From Azolla caroliniana (lineage: Eukaryota; Plantae; Polypodiophyta): a stretch of 64,000 bases of DNA. Below are positions 37,978 to 50,675 of this stretch, in pieces. The stretch is from contig JBHGNT010000010.1 of the NCBI GenBank assembly GCA_043228905.1, positions 9,548,001-9,612,000 on the forward strand, given 5' to 3'. Both the position numbers and the translations under genes were made by a program. Position 1 is the stretch's first letter. Each line of letters begins with the position of its first letter. The notes beneath the pieces are model-generated. The model ran no database searches, was not told the origin of the DNA, and was given only the letters and a program-made list of their open reading frames with translations.

Positions 37978-40900
37978 CTCTATCACCTGCGTAATGGTAG
38001 CTCGCAATTCCTTGATGCGCATCGCGGATCATGACATCCTTCTCGAATTGTCAAACCGTGCATCTCCAGATGCCGTCCAAGCTTTTGTAATACAGAGTAT
38101 TCAAAAGTAAACAGAAGTTTCAGCTTTGAACTGCTAGCCATTTTTTAGCATCAAGCATGAGATGGTCCGGTGGAAGGCCAATACTCAAGAAGTGTGTCAT
38201 GTCAATGATCCAAGCATCTTCGGAATCGGTGGACTTTGTGTCGATGGAGAAGAGGGATGTGTCTGGTAAGTCATCGTATTCCTGTTCCGCAGGTTCCCCA
38301 GATTCTAATTGGCTAAAGTAATCCAGCTACCGCATGTTAGACCCCAGGTCGGTGTTGGATATCGAAATCAAACTCTTGAAGGAGTAGCATCCACTGTGCT
38401 AAGCGACCAGTCAGGGCTTGTTTATGAACAAGATACAATAGTGCCGAATGATCCACGTGGAAAGTGAATTTTCGGCCGAGCAGATAGTGTCGAAATTTAG
38501 TGAGATACGATAGATCATGTGGAGCGCTTCACGTTTCATGGTGGAATCATTCCTTTTCACTGTCGAGAGATGTTGGCTAGCATAGTAAACGGGGCGATAC
38601 CAATTCGGGGGAGTTTTCTGCATTAAAGTGCTGCCAATGGCGATGTTGGATGCATCTACGAATACGCGAAAGGGTTGTGCCCAATTTGGAGGTTGGACCA
38701 CTGAAGCTTGGGAAAACATGACTTTGAGTGATTTATAGGCCTTGTCTTCCCGTTCCGTCCATCGAAAGGGAATCGCGCGGATGGCTATGTGTAAGGGGGT
38801 CACGAAATCAGCGAGGTATCAGAGCATACGGCTATGCCATCGTATTTGACCTAAAAATCTGCTAAGTGCTTTGGTCGTGGCTAGGGCCGGGGCATTCAAG
38901 ATGGCTTGAACTTTGTCAGGATCCATGGCAATGCCATCCCGACTGACAATGTGGCCGAGTAAAGCACCGCTTGTAACGTGGAAAGCACATTTTTCTGGGT
39001 TTAGGTTGAGTCGTGCCTATCGACATCTTTCAAGGCACAATCGTAAATGCGCAAGGTGCTCCAATTGCTGACCATACACCGCGAAATCATCAAGGAAGAC
39101 TTGCATGAAAGCTGGAATGAAGTCCTCGAAGATTTCGGAGATGATTCATTGAAACGTGGCGGGTGCCGTTTTTAATCCAAACATCATGACTATGGCTACG
39201 AACACACCCCATTCCGTTACGAATGATGTCTTTTCTTGATTGTCCGGGTGCAGTCATGGTTGTCTAAAAAACTATTGCAGTCATGGCCGACAACCGTATC
39301 GAGGACGCTGTCAGTGAATGGGAGTGGAAACACATCTGTAATCATGGTTGTGTTGAGCTTTCGGTAATCCACGCATACCCGGATTTGTCTGCTCTTTTTT
39401 GGTACAACCACAATAGGACTTAACCATGTGGCTCTTTTGACCGGCCGGATGAACCGGACACTGAGAAGTTTATCTATCTCTTCTCACTTTGGTCGCGTAA
39501 TGTGGATTCATTCAGTAATGGTGTTGCTGGATTGGCCGTGCATTCTTTTGGAGGAGAATTTGATGTTGGTAGTATTGAGGGTCGAGGCCCTTCATATTGT
39601 TGTACGCCCAAGCGAACACGTCCTAATATTCCGTGATCAATCCAAGTAGGGCTGATCGGTTGTTGATTGCCAGATCCTTGGCGATTTTTACTTGTCGTGG
39701 CTCGGAAAGGGAGCAGAGATTAACCTCTTCCAAGGTGGAGGCCTTTACTCTCTGTGAGATTGCTAATTCGCAGTCAACTGCGTCACGGGCCTGTTGTAGT
39801 TCTTTTACTGAATCCTGATCAGGCTCGTGAGGAGCTTCGTGGTTTATTGTGTTGGCTAAGTTTGGTTCTATGGCCGAAAAGCGGGACGATCGTGGGGTGC
39901 TCGTCCAAAAACGTGTTTATATAACATGTGGACTCCCTCCGCATATAGCGGGTTGTTGTCAGAAGGAGTTGAAGTACGTGCTTTCGTAATGATGCAGACT
40001 TTGGCTTTTCCTCGCCAAAATGAAATCATATTGCGCTGCCAATGTTGCTTGATGTTAGCCGTTCGCAGCCATGATGTTCCCAGCAGGAATGGGTAAGCGC
40101 CTAGCGCATCGAGGCGTAAGACAACTGTGGACACAATGAAGGTATGTCCTCCCAAAATAAATTCCAGGTTGCGTAGGAGCCCTATTGGCCACACCGATCT
40201 CGTATCTACCATTCGTAACCAAAATGGACACGACTCCCATTGAGTGATGCCGATCTTGTTGAATGTGGCTTCGCTAATGACATTTACACCTGACCCGCCA
40301 TCGATACTGCATCTAGGAATTTCGTGACCGCGGATGATGAGTTGTATTGCTGGATTTTAGGAATCCATAAGGGGAGGCCCTAGTGCCGAGGTCGTGAGAT
40401 TGGCGGAGGGGTGAGTCGGATCCAGACTGGTTGTGAGGGAATGAACCGTCTCCTTGACGCGCGGTAGCAGTTGTAGCAATTTGTGCAGTGGCATGGATAT
40501 TTGGGAATCTGCGAGCACCTGCCAAACTGGGTCTGGATTAGTGTGATCCGAAGTGTTGGAGCTGAGTTGATCTGGGTTTGTGGTTTGCGGTTGGACGGGG
40601 TTTCATTCCTTTGTTTCTGCTATTTCGACTTGCATCTGGACGATGTTGGCATTATTGGCTGCGTCGACCCTGTCCTTAGTGTGTTGTTGAACTGAGTCTT
40701 GGATATCCCACTGGGATTGCTGTGTCTTGCTGCGTGTAGTCACCTATTGCACGTCAATTGTAATCATATTTACTACCGATGCTTTTCCCCTAGTGTTGGC
40801 GGGGCACTGGTTGGTGTACTGGCCGGGTTGGTTATAATTGAAGCATGTGATGGTTGTCGAGGTACCAGGCTCATCTTGCTCGAATTGGGGTTGCGCTAGG

Positions 40901-42047
40901 TTGTGTGATTGGTCTTCCTGCTCCTGCTGGGGATATGCCTGTGGAGGGTTGCCTCGAGACTCGATTTGTGGGGTTCGCCAATTATCGGTGCGTTGATTAT
41001 CACGACGACGGTTGTCAAAGTGACATTGGTTCCCTGAAGCTTGGAAACCATTATTATTCCGTCAATCGTACCGTGAATGTTGAGGTGCATCGTAGTCATT
41101 GCGGCCATAATTCCTGCAAGAGTGGTGGTGGTCCTGATGACAGTGCCAACGATCATTCATGTGGTGTGATGGATTGGGGTAACAAGGGGGCTCCGACTGA
41201 TACTGGTTATCCTTATGGTAATAATCCATTTTGGAATTGCCCCCTTGTTGAAGTGGAGCCTGTCGTCTTCCCATGGCCGTGTCGCTTCTTTGTTCCGTGG
41301 AGGTGGTTGCTCATGAGATTGCGTGTGGTTGGCGAGGGGCTCAATTTGGTGGACTGCACAGTGTTTGTTCGGTTCAGCATGTTGTATTCACATTGCTCCA
41401 TCGTATGGACCCTTGAATGGCAGATGGGACAATGCGGTCGTGAAGGACAGTCAAGAGCGGAGTGGTCAGATTTGGCACATATCGTGCATTGCAGTGCTTG
41501 GTGGAACTGAGTTTCCTCGGTCGTTGGCAAGGCAGTTTGAAGTGTACCCATTGCTAACGAATTATTATGATGTGCCCTATCCAATGCAAGGATGCGGGTG
41601 ACCACTTCCTCGATGGTCTGCTAAGAAAAATTTGTAAGAGCCAACGTCATGCATAGAGGCCCACGGAGGCCGGCCAGAAACGTCTCTTTCAAATGATTCA
41701 CAGATACATCCTGTGTGAGTTAGCGGTACAGGTCTTGAAAGCGGCGAACAAACTGGGACACGGTTTCGGTAGGTCCCTGGCAGATCATATAAAATTGATG
41801 AAGCAATTCCCGCTTCGGATCTCTTGGTGGAATAATTCCAGAAACTGGGTTCGAACATCCTAGAACATGGTAAAATCCCCAGGATCGTGCCGGGAATACC
41901 ATTGTGCAGCGGGGCCGTCTAGGGAGAGAGTGAATTCGGCGATTTTAGAGGCGTCGACCTCCTCGGCGGTGGGTCGCTGTGTCGAATGGTTGCTTTATAG
42001 GTGTTGAGAAAGGAATGGATATAGCCATCGGCATCCGGGCCATCCGT

Positions 42048-45000
42048 TGTCGTGAAGATTCGGGGCTATGGTGAGAAACCGGGAGATATTGGAGGAATTG
42101 GCAAGGTGCACCATGTGCACCCACCCTTGTACAAAGGTAGCGTAGGGGCTAGGGGGTGCCTTTGTTGCGCCGAATAGGCAATAAAGTTGGGACAGAGGAT
42201 CCCATGTAATAAGGGATTTATCCCGCATTGTAACGTTCCTCCCTCCTTGGGCTATAAAAGGAAGGGAGGGGTGGGGTTGCCCATTTTGTGTTAGAGGGTA
42301 TACCGTTAGATTAGGGTTAGGCGGTTATCTTGGTAGTTTCTTCTTCTATTTTTTTTTCTTCTTCTTCTTCGTCATCGTGTGGGTGGAGAGTTCGTTTGCC
42401 TGTTTAGGGTTTGCATATGTTCAGTCTCTTGTGCAAGACCCCGCTCGGCACGACGAGCCCAAGAGCTACTCGATCGGCGGCTTGGCAGCAGGCTGCTGTT
42501 GTAACCTAACCTACCTTGATCCGGCTCGACGTTGGGGTTGTGTCTTTTTTTTCTTTATATATATATATATGTATATTCATGTCAGTTTGTGCATAATGGT
42601 GTCTCTGTTGGTGTCGGGTGCATAGCTCCCCTCCTTTGTTTCCTGTACATAAGAGTCGGTGTTGCGCGCTTGCTCCTCTCCTTTTCTCTCTCTCTCTCAG
42701 GTTCGGTTGCCTCCGGAGTCGGTTTCTTGAACTCCCTTTCTCCGTCGTCCGAGACCCCCGTGGTCCCGCCCCTTCCACACACACGCGCGTAGTAACGAGA
42801 CATATTTGGTGAACCCGACGTGAAGGGCGGCAAGGGAGAATGGAGTTGGAAGAGAATGACTTCGCGCAACTTTTTGTCGAAGCGGTGAGGGAGTTTGGAC
42901 GAGCAATAACAAGACGAGAGTCGGCGCAGAGAGCGGTTGAGCGAGTGGTTGAAAGGGCCGGTCGTTTCAACGGGGACAAAGTCCCATTCTACTTGGAAGC
43001 ATACAACACGGAAATGGAGGAGCAAGACATAGACGAGGCGTTGAGGCTGGAGTTCTTCTGTCGGGTCGTCGTCGTCCGTATGCACGCGGAAGTGAAGGAG
43101 CTCTGAGAAGCTCATAGTTCATGGGAGGCCTTCGAAGAGGCGCTCCTGCAGGCATATGGAGGACGGCGGAAGAGCCAGGGACGACACGGCTTCGACCAGT
43201 GGGTGGCATCGGCAAAGACCCGCCGGGGCGCAACGAAGGCGTTCCGAGAGTTCGAGCGACGACTTGCTCAGCTCCCGAAGTGGGAGCAAGGTTTGGTGGG
43301 GGTGGACGAAGTCCTGTTGTTCGTCAGGTCGATCGACAGAGCGGAACGGGAGTCCATCGGGATTGAGCTCGAAGATCAGGACGGAGCGAATGGCCTTACA
43401 GAGGACTGGTCGAACGTCGGAAGGGTATGCCAACGGCTAGATGACGAGCGAGCCGAGAAGGCTAGGAGGAAGGCGCGCGACGGCTAGATGACAAGCGGGA
43501 AGAGGTTGAACGGCAAAGAGAGTTGGCAAGGCTCGGCTTTGGGGCCAGGATAGCGAAGGCGTACGTGGCTCTCGAGGCAATGATCGAGGAAGAGGAAAGA
43601 TCAAGACCTCACGCCGACGCCGGGGAGGCGGACTTGCCCCACGAGATGGCAGAAGATCGGTACGACGATACCACGGGAGAGGGTGCGGAACAAAACGCCC
43701 TCTTAGCTTGCGGATATAGAACGGCCGAGGACAAGGCCGAGATACCGATCGCGGGATTGGAACATTGGGACCGGCGGTTTTGGGCATGTCAGCCCGAGGC
43801 TCCGGACATTGGAGAAGCAAGTCCAGGCAGGGTTTGCGTGATCGGTAAGGAGTGGACCACCGACCACGAGGAGCCGGTGGCTACGAACAAGGGCGCAAAT
43901 AGGACACGCGATTCTACGCGTCTTCCCACACTTGCTCCCAAGACAATGGCAGTCGGGCCCGAGTGCCCACGTGAGTCCCAAGAGGAGGAAGGCGGCGGTG
44001 GGAGACCGAGAATCACTGGAGAGATGATACGAGGAAGGAGTGGACAAAAGCCCTCGGAACCGATTCCGGAGAACTCGGCATACGGGCCCTTACGCCCACG
44101 TGAGACCGAGGAGATGGATGACGACGTCGAGGAGTCCTAGCACGATGCCAGCAAAGAAGGATGGGAAATGGCCCGTGAGAACGTCGACGAAGGAACCAAG
44201 AAACGACCCGACCGGGGACCAAACCACGTGGCACTCCGAATTGGGTGGAGCGCGATCTGGTCGTGGATTATTCAACCGAGGCTAGAATCGGCATGAAGGT
44301 GCCGATACGGAAGAGGGTGCGGAATGAGCCGCCCTCGTTTACATGGGGATAATGACCGACTGAGTGAAGGTCGGGAAGCAAAAGGGAGGTGATCAAGGGT
44401 TCAGAATGCATTCGGCAAGATCGGCATCGGAGCCGAAACTCCGAACATTGGAGAATCAAGCCCAGGTGGGGCGTGATTGATCACAGAGCGGATGCTTTCC
44501 ACCGACCCCACATCTTGAGTGGAGACTTCGGCAGTTCAGTCGGCGTGGCAATGTGAGACCGAAAGAGAAGGGAGCACAGTAAGGAGAGCGACGAAGAGTT
44601 CGGGAGAAGTACAAGGGACGAAGCAGAGAGCGAAGACCGATGCTATGGGTCACCTCACACCAGGCTAGAAACTCCGACGGTCGGCATTGGATCTTACGTA
44701 AGACCAAGATACTGATGGTGGCGGCAGGAGAACGGGACTCGACAATCCGGAGAGTGACGGATGGACCCGGACGAGAACTGGGCGGAGCGGACTTCCAAAT
44801 AACCGATCCGGAAGAGAGGAGAGAGCAGGCCTATGAAGAGGCCGGGAACACGGTACATCGGTACCATGAGAGAGGGTGTGGAGCGAGCCACCCTCTTGAC
44901 ATGCGGAGAAGGACAAACCGGGTGAGGGTAGGGGATATGACGAGCCCGAGGAGGATCCTTCACACCAGTTCTAGAGACTCCGACAGTTGGCCTGAGAGCC

Positions 45001-46752
45001 GGCGTGAGACCTAGAGTGACGAATGGTTGCGACGAGGGAACGAATGCAAAAGACCGCAGAAGGGGCGGTCTATGGAGATCCTCACACCGAACTGGCAGTC
45101 GGCCTGAGTGCCGACGTGAGTCCTATAGGAAGGGACGGTGGCGGCAGGTGAACGTGACCAACACAAGAGGCCGACACGGAGGTCGGACTACGACAAGAAG
45201 AAAACGGCAAGTGGTGCTGCCGCGACCTTACACACACCGGTTCTAGACACCCCGGCGGTCCGCCCGAGAGCCGGCGTGAGACCTAGAGTAAAGAACGGTG
45301 GCGGCGGCAAGGCGGCCAACTGAAGGCAGAGGGAGGTCCCACGAGATCCTTACACCGATCCGGTGGTCGGCCCGAGAGCCGGCATGAGTCCTATAGGAAA
45401 GGACGGTGGTGGCAAGAGAACGTGATCGGACGACGGGGCAGAGCATCAAGGATGTATTGGGCCGGCGAGGTGGCCACAAGCCGAATCGGACCTTCCGGTA
45501 AGGTCGAATGAGGATAAGGAAGACCCGATTCTATGGGGTCCTCACACCGCTCCGAAGACCCTAGCAACTCAAGTCGATGTGGCAGCGTGAAACTGAGTGA
45601 GAAGGACGGTGGTGATAGGAAACGGGACCCGACAACGCAGAAGAGTGGATAATGAGGCGAACCCTTACCGGCCAGTTACGGTTTCGGAAGTAGCTGGTAA
45701 GGGCAAGCAAGGAGCGGTGTGCTGAGTTAGGATGGCGAACTCAAAGCGGAACAAGAGACGTGCATATGGCCACCGAGGGCCAGTTCGAAGCACGATCGCG
45801 GGACGGTGTTCGGCATAGGCCAGTTCGAAGAACCGGAGCTGAGGGTTCAGACCGGCAAGGCCGACGCGGCAACTGGAGTACGGAGTGCGGATTACGGAAG
45901 ACCGGTTCCTCACCTGCTAGAATCCTTCACCTTCCCCGAATTTGGCACAGGCTGGTGGATGTGCAGTTTGGTGGGGGCGGATGTCATGAAGATTCTGGGC
46001 TATGGTGAGAAACCGGGAGATATTGGAGGAATCGGCAAGGTGCACCATGTGCACCCACCCTTGTACAAAGTTAGCGTAGGGGTTAGGGGGTGCCTTTGTT
46101 GTGACGAAAGGCAATAAAGTTGGGACAGAGGATCCCATGTAATAAGAGATTTATCCCGCATTGTAATGTTCCTCCCTCCTTGGGCTATAAAAGGAAGGGA
46201 GGGGTCTCTTGTATGGGGTTGCCCATTTTGTGTTAGAGGGTATACCATTGGATTAGGGTTAGGTGGTTATCTTGGTAGTTTCTTCTTCTCTTTTTTCTTC
46301 TTCTTCTTCTTTGTCGTCGTGTGGGTGGAGAGTTTGTCTGCCTGTTTAGGGTTTGTTTCTGTTCGGTCTCTTGTGCAAGACCCCGCTCGGCGTGACGAGC
46401 CCGAGAACTCCCCGATCGGTAGCTTGGTAGCAGGCTACTGTTGTAACCTAACCTACCTTTATCCGGCTCGAAGCTGGGGTTATGTCTTTTTTATCTTTTT
46501 ATATATATATGTATATTCATGTCAGTTTGTGCATAACGGTGTCTCTGTTGGTGTCGGGTGCATAGCTCCTCTCCTTTGTTTCCTGTACATAAGAGTCGGT
46601 GTTGCGCGCTTGCTCTCTCTCCTTTTCTTTCTCTCTCGGGTTCGGTTGCCTCCGGGTCGTGTCCGGAGACGGTTTCCTAAACTCCCTTTCTCCCTCGTCG
46701 GAGACCCACGTGGTCCCGCCCCTTCCACACACACGCGCGTAGTAACGCGACA
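42048..46752 (+). mobile_element. Complete non-autonomous gag-only (TR-GAG-like) LTR element with tRNA-Trp PBS
   Basis: LTRs 42048-42802 and 45982-46752, PPT, 4-bp TSD CCGT. Gag N-terminal region 42840-43490 and no pol motifs. Confidence 0.93.
42807..42824 (+). promoter_or_regulatory. Primer binding site complementary to plant tRNA-Trp
   Basis: TGGTGAACCCGACGTGAA is the complement of the tRNA-Trp 3' end TTCACGTCGGGTTCACCA (recalled sequence). Confidence 0.85.
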
Positions 46753-47798
46753 CCGTGTAGCGGGCATAGGGGTGGTATGGCATTGTGTCAAGCTCGGGAT
46801 CTTCCGGTAGGGCCGGGAAAGGGTTGAGCTCCGGTTGTGGTGAGACTTCTGGAGGACTTGGAGGGGTAGCAAGGTCAGGACTGATCTGCAAATGTGTGTC
46901 CGGGATTACCGGTGGCGAAGATTGCGATTATGGGGACAAGTAATGTGTGAGCAGGGAATCGGTCGTGTCCTCGGCATGCTCTGTGTGGTGGGGCGGCGGC
47001 TGAGAGCGAGTAACTCTGTTTGGTGACATAATGGCGATTGGATTGACCACCAATGTGAGTTCGCTGTGCTACACAATGTGAACCGGGCTTTCCAAATTGT
47101 GTTGCCTTCCTTCACAGAGGCGACACCTTCGATTTCCTAGCCGAAATCGGACCAAGAGTTGTGGTACGTGGTGGTCAGGGCGATACCGGAAAACAGGATT
47201 TCAAATACATTATGTAAGGGAGGTTTCTTCCTAGAGAATGTTTCACCACATCAATTTCATAAGGGACAACAATCACATAACACCAACACAAGAAATAGAC
47301 CCAAAACTATATGTGTTACGAGTATGTAATGAATACAGTTACATGGCCCACGACCGGAATTAACAACAAAGTAATAGTATGACCTAGACCCTCAGAATCT
47401 GGTAATCATGGGCTGTAGATCCCTTCTTCTCTTTGCTTCTCCCCCTTGTCTCGTTCTCCTGTTCTTCTTCCTATATAGGTTTTCCCTTCCTCTTTGCTTC
47501 GGCGCGCTTTGCTTCTTCCTGTTCTTGGTTGCACATATTGCGCCTGTCTTCGTTCCTTACGGTTGTTCACCTACTTTGACCTACTTCCTATTACGTTTCT
47601 TAGTATTACAATTTTGGCCCATGGACAACAGTTGGTGTTCGTGTTCTAGTCTTCGGTGAGGACCACACATGGTCGCTCACTCCAACTATTGTTCGTGTTC
47701 CAAATCTCGGCGAGAACCAACTTGTATATATCATAGAGTCTATTGTATAGTACTTTCGAGAAAATTCTACTCCTTAATATATTCTAGAATTATTCTAT

Positions 47799-48040
47799 GG
47801 TATTGCCTATGTGCATGTGCCCGATGAGAAGCAAAGGAAGCTGGACCCGAAGTCGGAGAAGTGTATTTTAGTCTGCGACTCACGTGAGTAAAAGGGGTAC
47901 AAGTGTTACAACTCCCGAAGAAACGAAGTTCGAGTGAGCCGAGATGTCGAATTCGACAAGTCGGCATCATGATACTCTCTACCGACTTCGACTCGGACCC
48001 CCGACAATTCCAACCACTCCATCATTGAAGATGAGGCCAA
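47799..48040 (+). pseudogene. Isolated Copia integrase C-terminal fragment
   Basis: GIAYVHVPDEKQRKLDPKSEKCIL..KGYKCYN..VSRDVEFD. Confidence 0.8.
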
Positions 48041-49082
48041 TGAATCTGTCACATTATAGACTCGAACCTCTGACTTTTAACACATAGTACATTGTGTTGT
48101 GTTAACCATATGGAAATTCTTATGAACTATCATTGTGAACTTGTATATATTCTAGAGTCTAGTGTATAGTACATTCGAGAATATTCTAGTCATTAGTATA
48201 TTCTAGAATTATTCTATGGTATATTCTGAACAGGTATATTCTTGAGATATTTGTCGAGAATATTCTCGAGATATTCAATCTCAGAAATTATATAAATACT
48301 TGTAACATCCTTGGTCCCTTTCAAAGGATTCAACACCAGTCATTGACACATCAATCTAGTATTCTTGTTTCGCCTCATCTTTGTCTCCTTGATTTTTATT
48401 TCTGTCTTCATGCGCTCATGAGGCTCACAACATCTAGAGTTCCTTGCCTCATCACATCTAGCTCCAAGTTCATCCGTCGCTCGTAGCCCCATCATCTGTG
48501 CTCTGTCCTAGTCCGCGCTTGGTGTGTCCGTGACAGTTTGAATCCCTTCCAACTAGGAGCACCACATGTCTTCGTCATTACCTTTGCTTCTAGAGTTACC
48601 ATCATCACTGTCCTTGCTTCCGAAGTTACCGTCATCAACATCCTTGTCTTTGACGTCATCATTTTCAGCACCTCTTTGCCCAACCATCGTCGTCATCAAC
48701 ACTACTTGTCATCATTTTTAGGTATCATCTTGCATCACGATTTTGGTGAGGAGCGCTTTCGATTGCTCAGCTTCCCAGCTCCGGTGGGGGTCACAACTGG
48801 TCACTTTCCTGGTGAGGATCGGAACAGTGCTCGCTTGCATTGCATTTTCATTATAGTTCAAGTCTCGCGCCACTTTTTGGTGGTGAGAACCGATTTCGAT
48901 CGCTCACCTTCTAGTTTTGGTGGGGGTCACAACCGCTCGCTTTCTTGGTGGGGATTGCATGGGTTTCTCGCTAGCGCTACCGTTTGTGCCATGTCTTGGA
49001 TCAACCTTAACTATTTACAGTCTCATAATAGAAGAAGTCGAGTCGATTGCTTCACTTGCACTGCTTTGCCCGATGTTGTTAC

Positions 49083-49619
49083 AGTTCTCGATGAGGGCCG
49101 CATGGTCGCTCACGCCCATTCGTGTTCCGTTCTCGGTCAGGGCCGCATGTCACTTATGTACGTTTATGTTAAGTTCTAAGTGAGAGTTGCATGGTCACTC
49201 ATGCTCGTTTGTGTTCCCGTTCTTGGTGACGGCCGCATGGTCACTCATGTTCATTCGTGTTCCAATTCTCGGTGAGGGCCACATGGTGACTCATGTCCAT
49301 TCGTGTTCAGTTCTCGGTGACGGCCGCAGGGCCCCATGGTTGCTCACGCCCGTGTGTGTTTTGTATGTGGACCGCACATGGTCTCTCACGTTCCAGTTCC
49401 CGATGAGGGCCACACATGGTCACTCATGTCGGTTCGTGTTCCAGTTCTTGGTGAGGGCCGCACGGTTGCTCATGCGCGTTCGTGTTCAGTTCTTGGTGAG
49501 GGCCGCATAGTCGCTAACGTCCGTTCTTGTTCCAACTCTCGGCGAGGACCGACATGGTCTCTCATGCTTGTTGGTGTTCATGTTCCCTATGAGGACCGCA
49601 CATGGTCGCTCACTCCAGC
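49083..49619. repeat. Second block of the ~45-bp minisatellite
   Basis: Same unit as at 35745-36191. Confidence 0.92.
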
Positions 49620-50675
49620 TGTTGTCCGCCGGAATTGTAACCGCCAGACATAACACATGGAAAATAGAGTATTATATTAGAAACGTTAAAGTAACGCGGG
49701 TAACGGTTCACGCAGGGAGCGTAACTGATTAGAAGCCTTGTGTATATAAGGGATGAAAGACCTTTGTAAAAAGAAGTGTATTGTAAGAGCGCTGTTTTAA
49801 TATAGTTTTATCTTCTCTGATCTTGGTATTCTGTCGATTGGTCTCTTGTTTTTGTTTCTCGTTCTCTGTACAAGAGTATGTTGCAGTAAACACAAGGTAA
49901 GTACGTGTTGGGTAACTACGCTTCTACGGAGGTTCGGTTGTAGCCATCCCCCCTTACGCCTTACAAATCACGCACTACACATCCCTATTCCATTGCACCA
50001 CGATCACCATGTAAGCTACCCTAAAGGACTGAGGGTGGATTGTGTTCCTAATTGGAAACAGTTTTGGCACGCATGGTGATCTGTGAATCCTCGCAACCGA
50101 GCAAGCAAGGAATGGATTTTTAGCTGCCGACGTATCAGAGAACCTATGCGACAAGATCGACTACTAACTAGATCCATCACCAGACAGACAAAAGAACGCG
50201 CTACCCGGAAACCCCGCCTCAACGACCACACCTCTTTTCAGGAGTATATGGTAGACTCCACTCTCACAGAATAGACCGACTTTGATCATGAAGTTTTATC
50301 GCCACACGACCAAAGTAGTGTGAACAAATGCCACAGTAGTCCACATCGTGGTAACAATAACCTTCCTTTGCCGACCCTCACCATCGTGACCGGAATGGCT
50401 TTTTCATATCCCCGCTTCAACGGAGAAATTGACGCTGCGAGCCACATACGATCACATGACCCTAAACCCTAAACCCTTCCTCAATGTTTGGAATGCTAAT
50501 CACATGGCGCAACGGTTTTCTGAGGCGGAAACCCATGCATCGAAGATCGCCGAATTCGGGTTAACTTTGGATGGTCGAGTTGCGTGCTGACATTCCCGAA
50601 TGGATTTGGTAGCAATCACAACCTTCGACCAATTGCAATCGGCGTTCTTGTGTTTTTTTCATCGGACGATGCCGT

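Larger units (their letters stand above)
36192..47630 (-). mobile_element. Non-chromoviral Gypsy insertion with inverted LTR+PBS termini and TSD GTTGG
   Basis: 36192-36742 is the reverse complement of 47094-47630. Decayed minus-strand gag, PR (IDGGSGVN), RT (RVCVDYRKLN), RH (VDAS) and INT (DFVGP, SDQG). Confidence 0.92.

Noticed and set aside
43500-45980. Many overlapping ORFs as separate genes
   Set aside because: GC-rich decayed internal region where open frames on all strands are expected by composition.
36192-47630. DIRS element or DNA transposon with long TIRs
   Set aside because: It has a DDE integrase, protease, PBS and 5-bp TSD. No tyrosine recombinase or transposase was seen.
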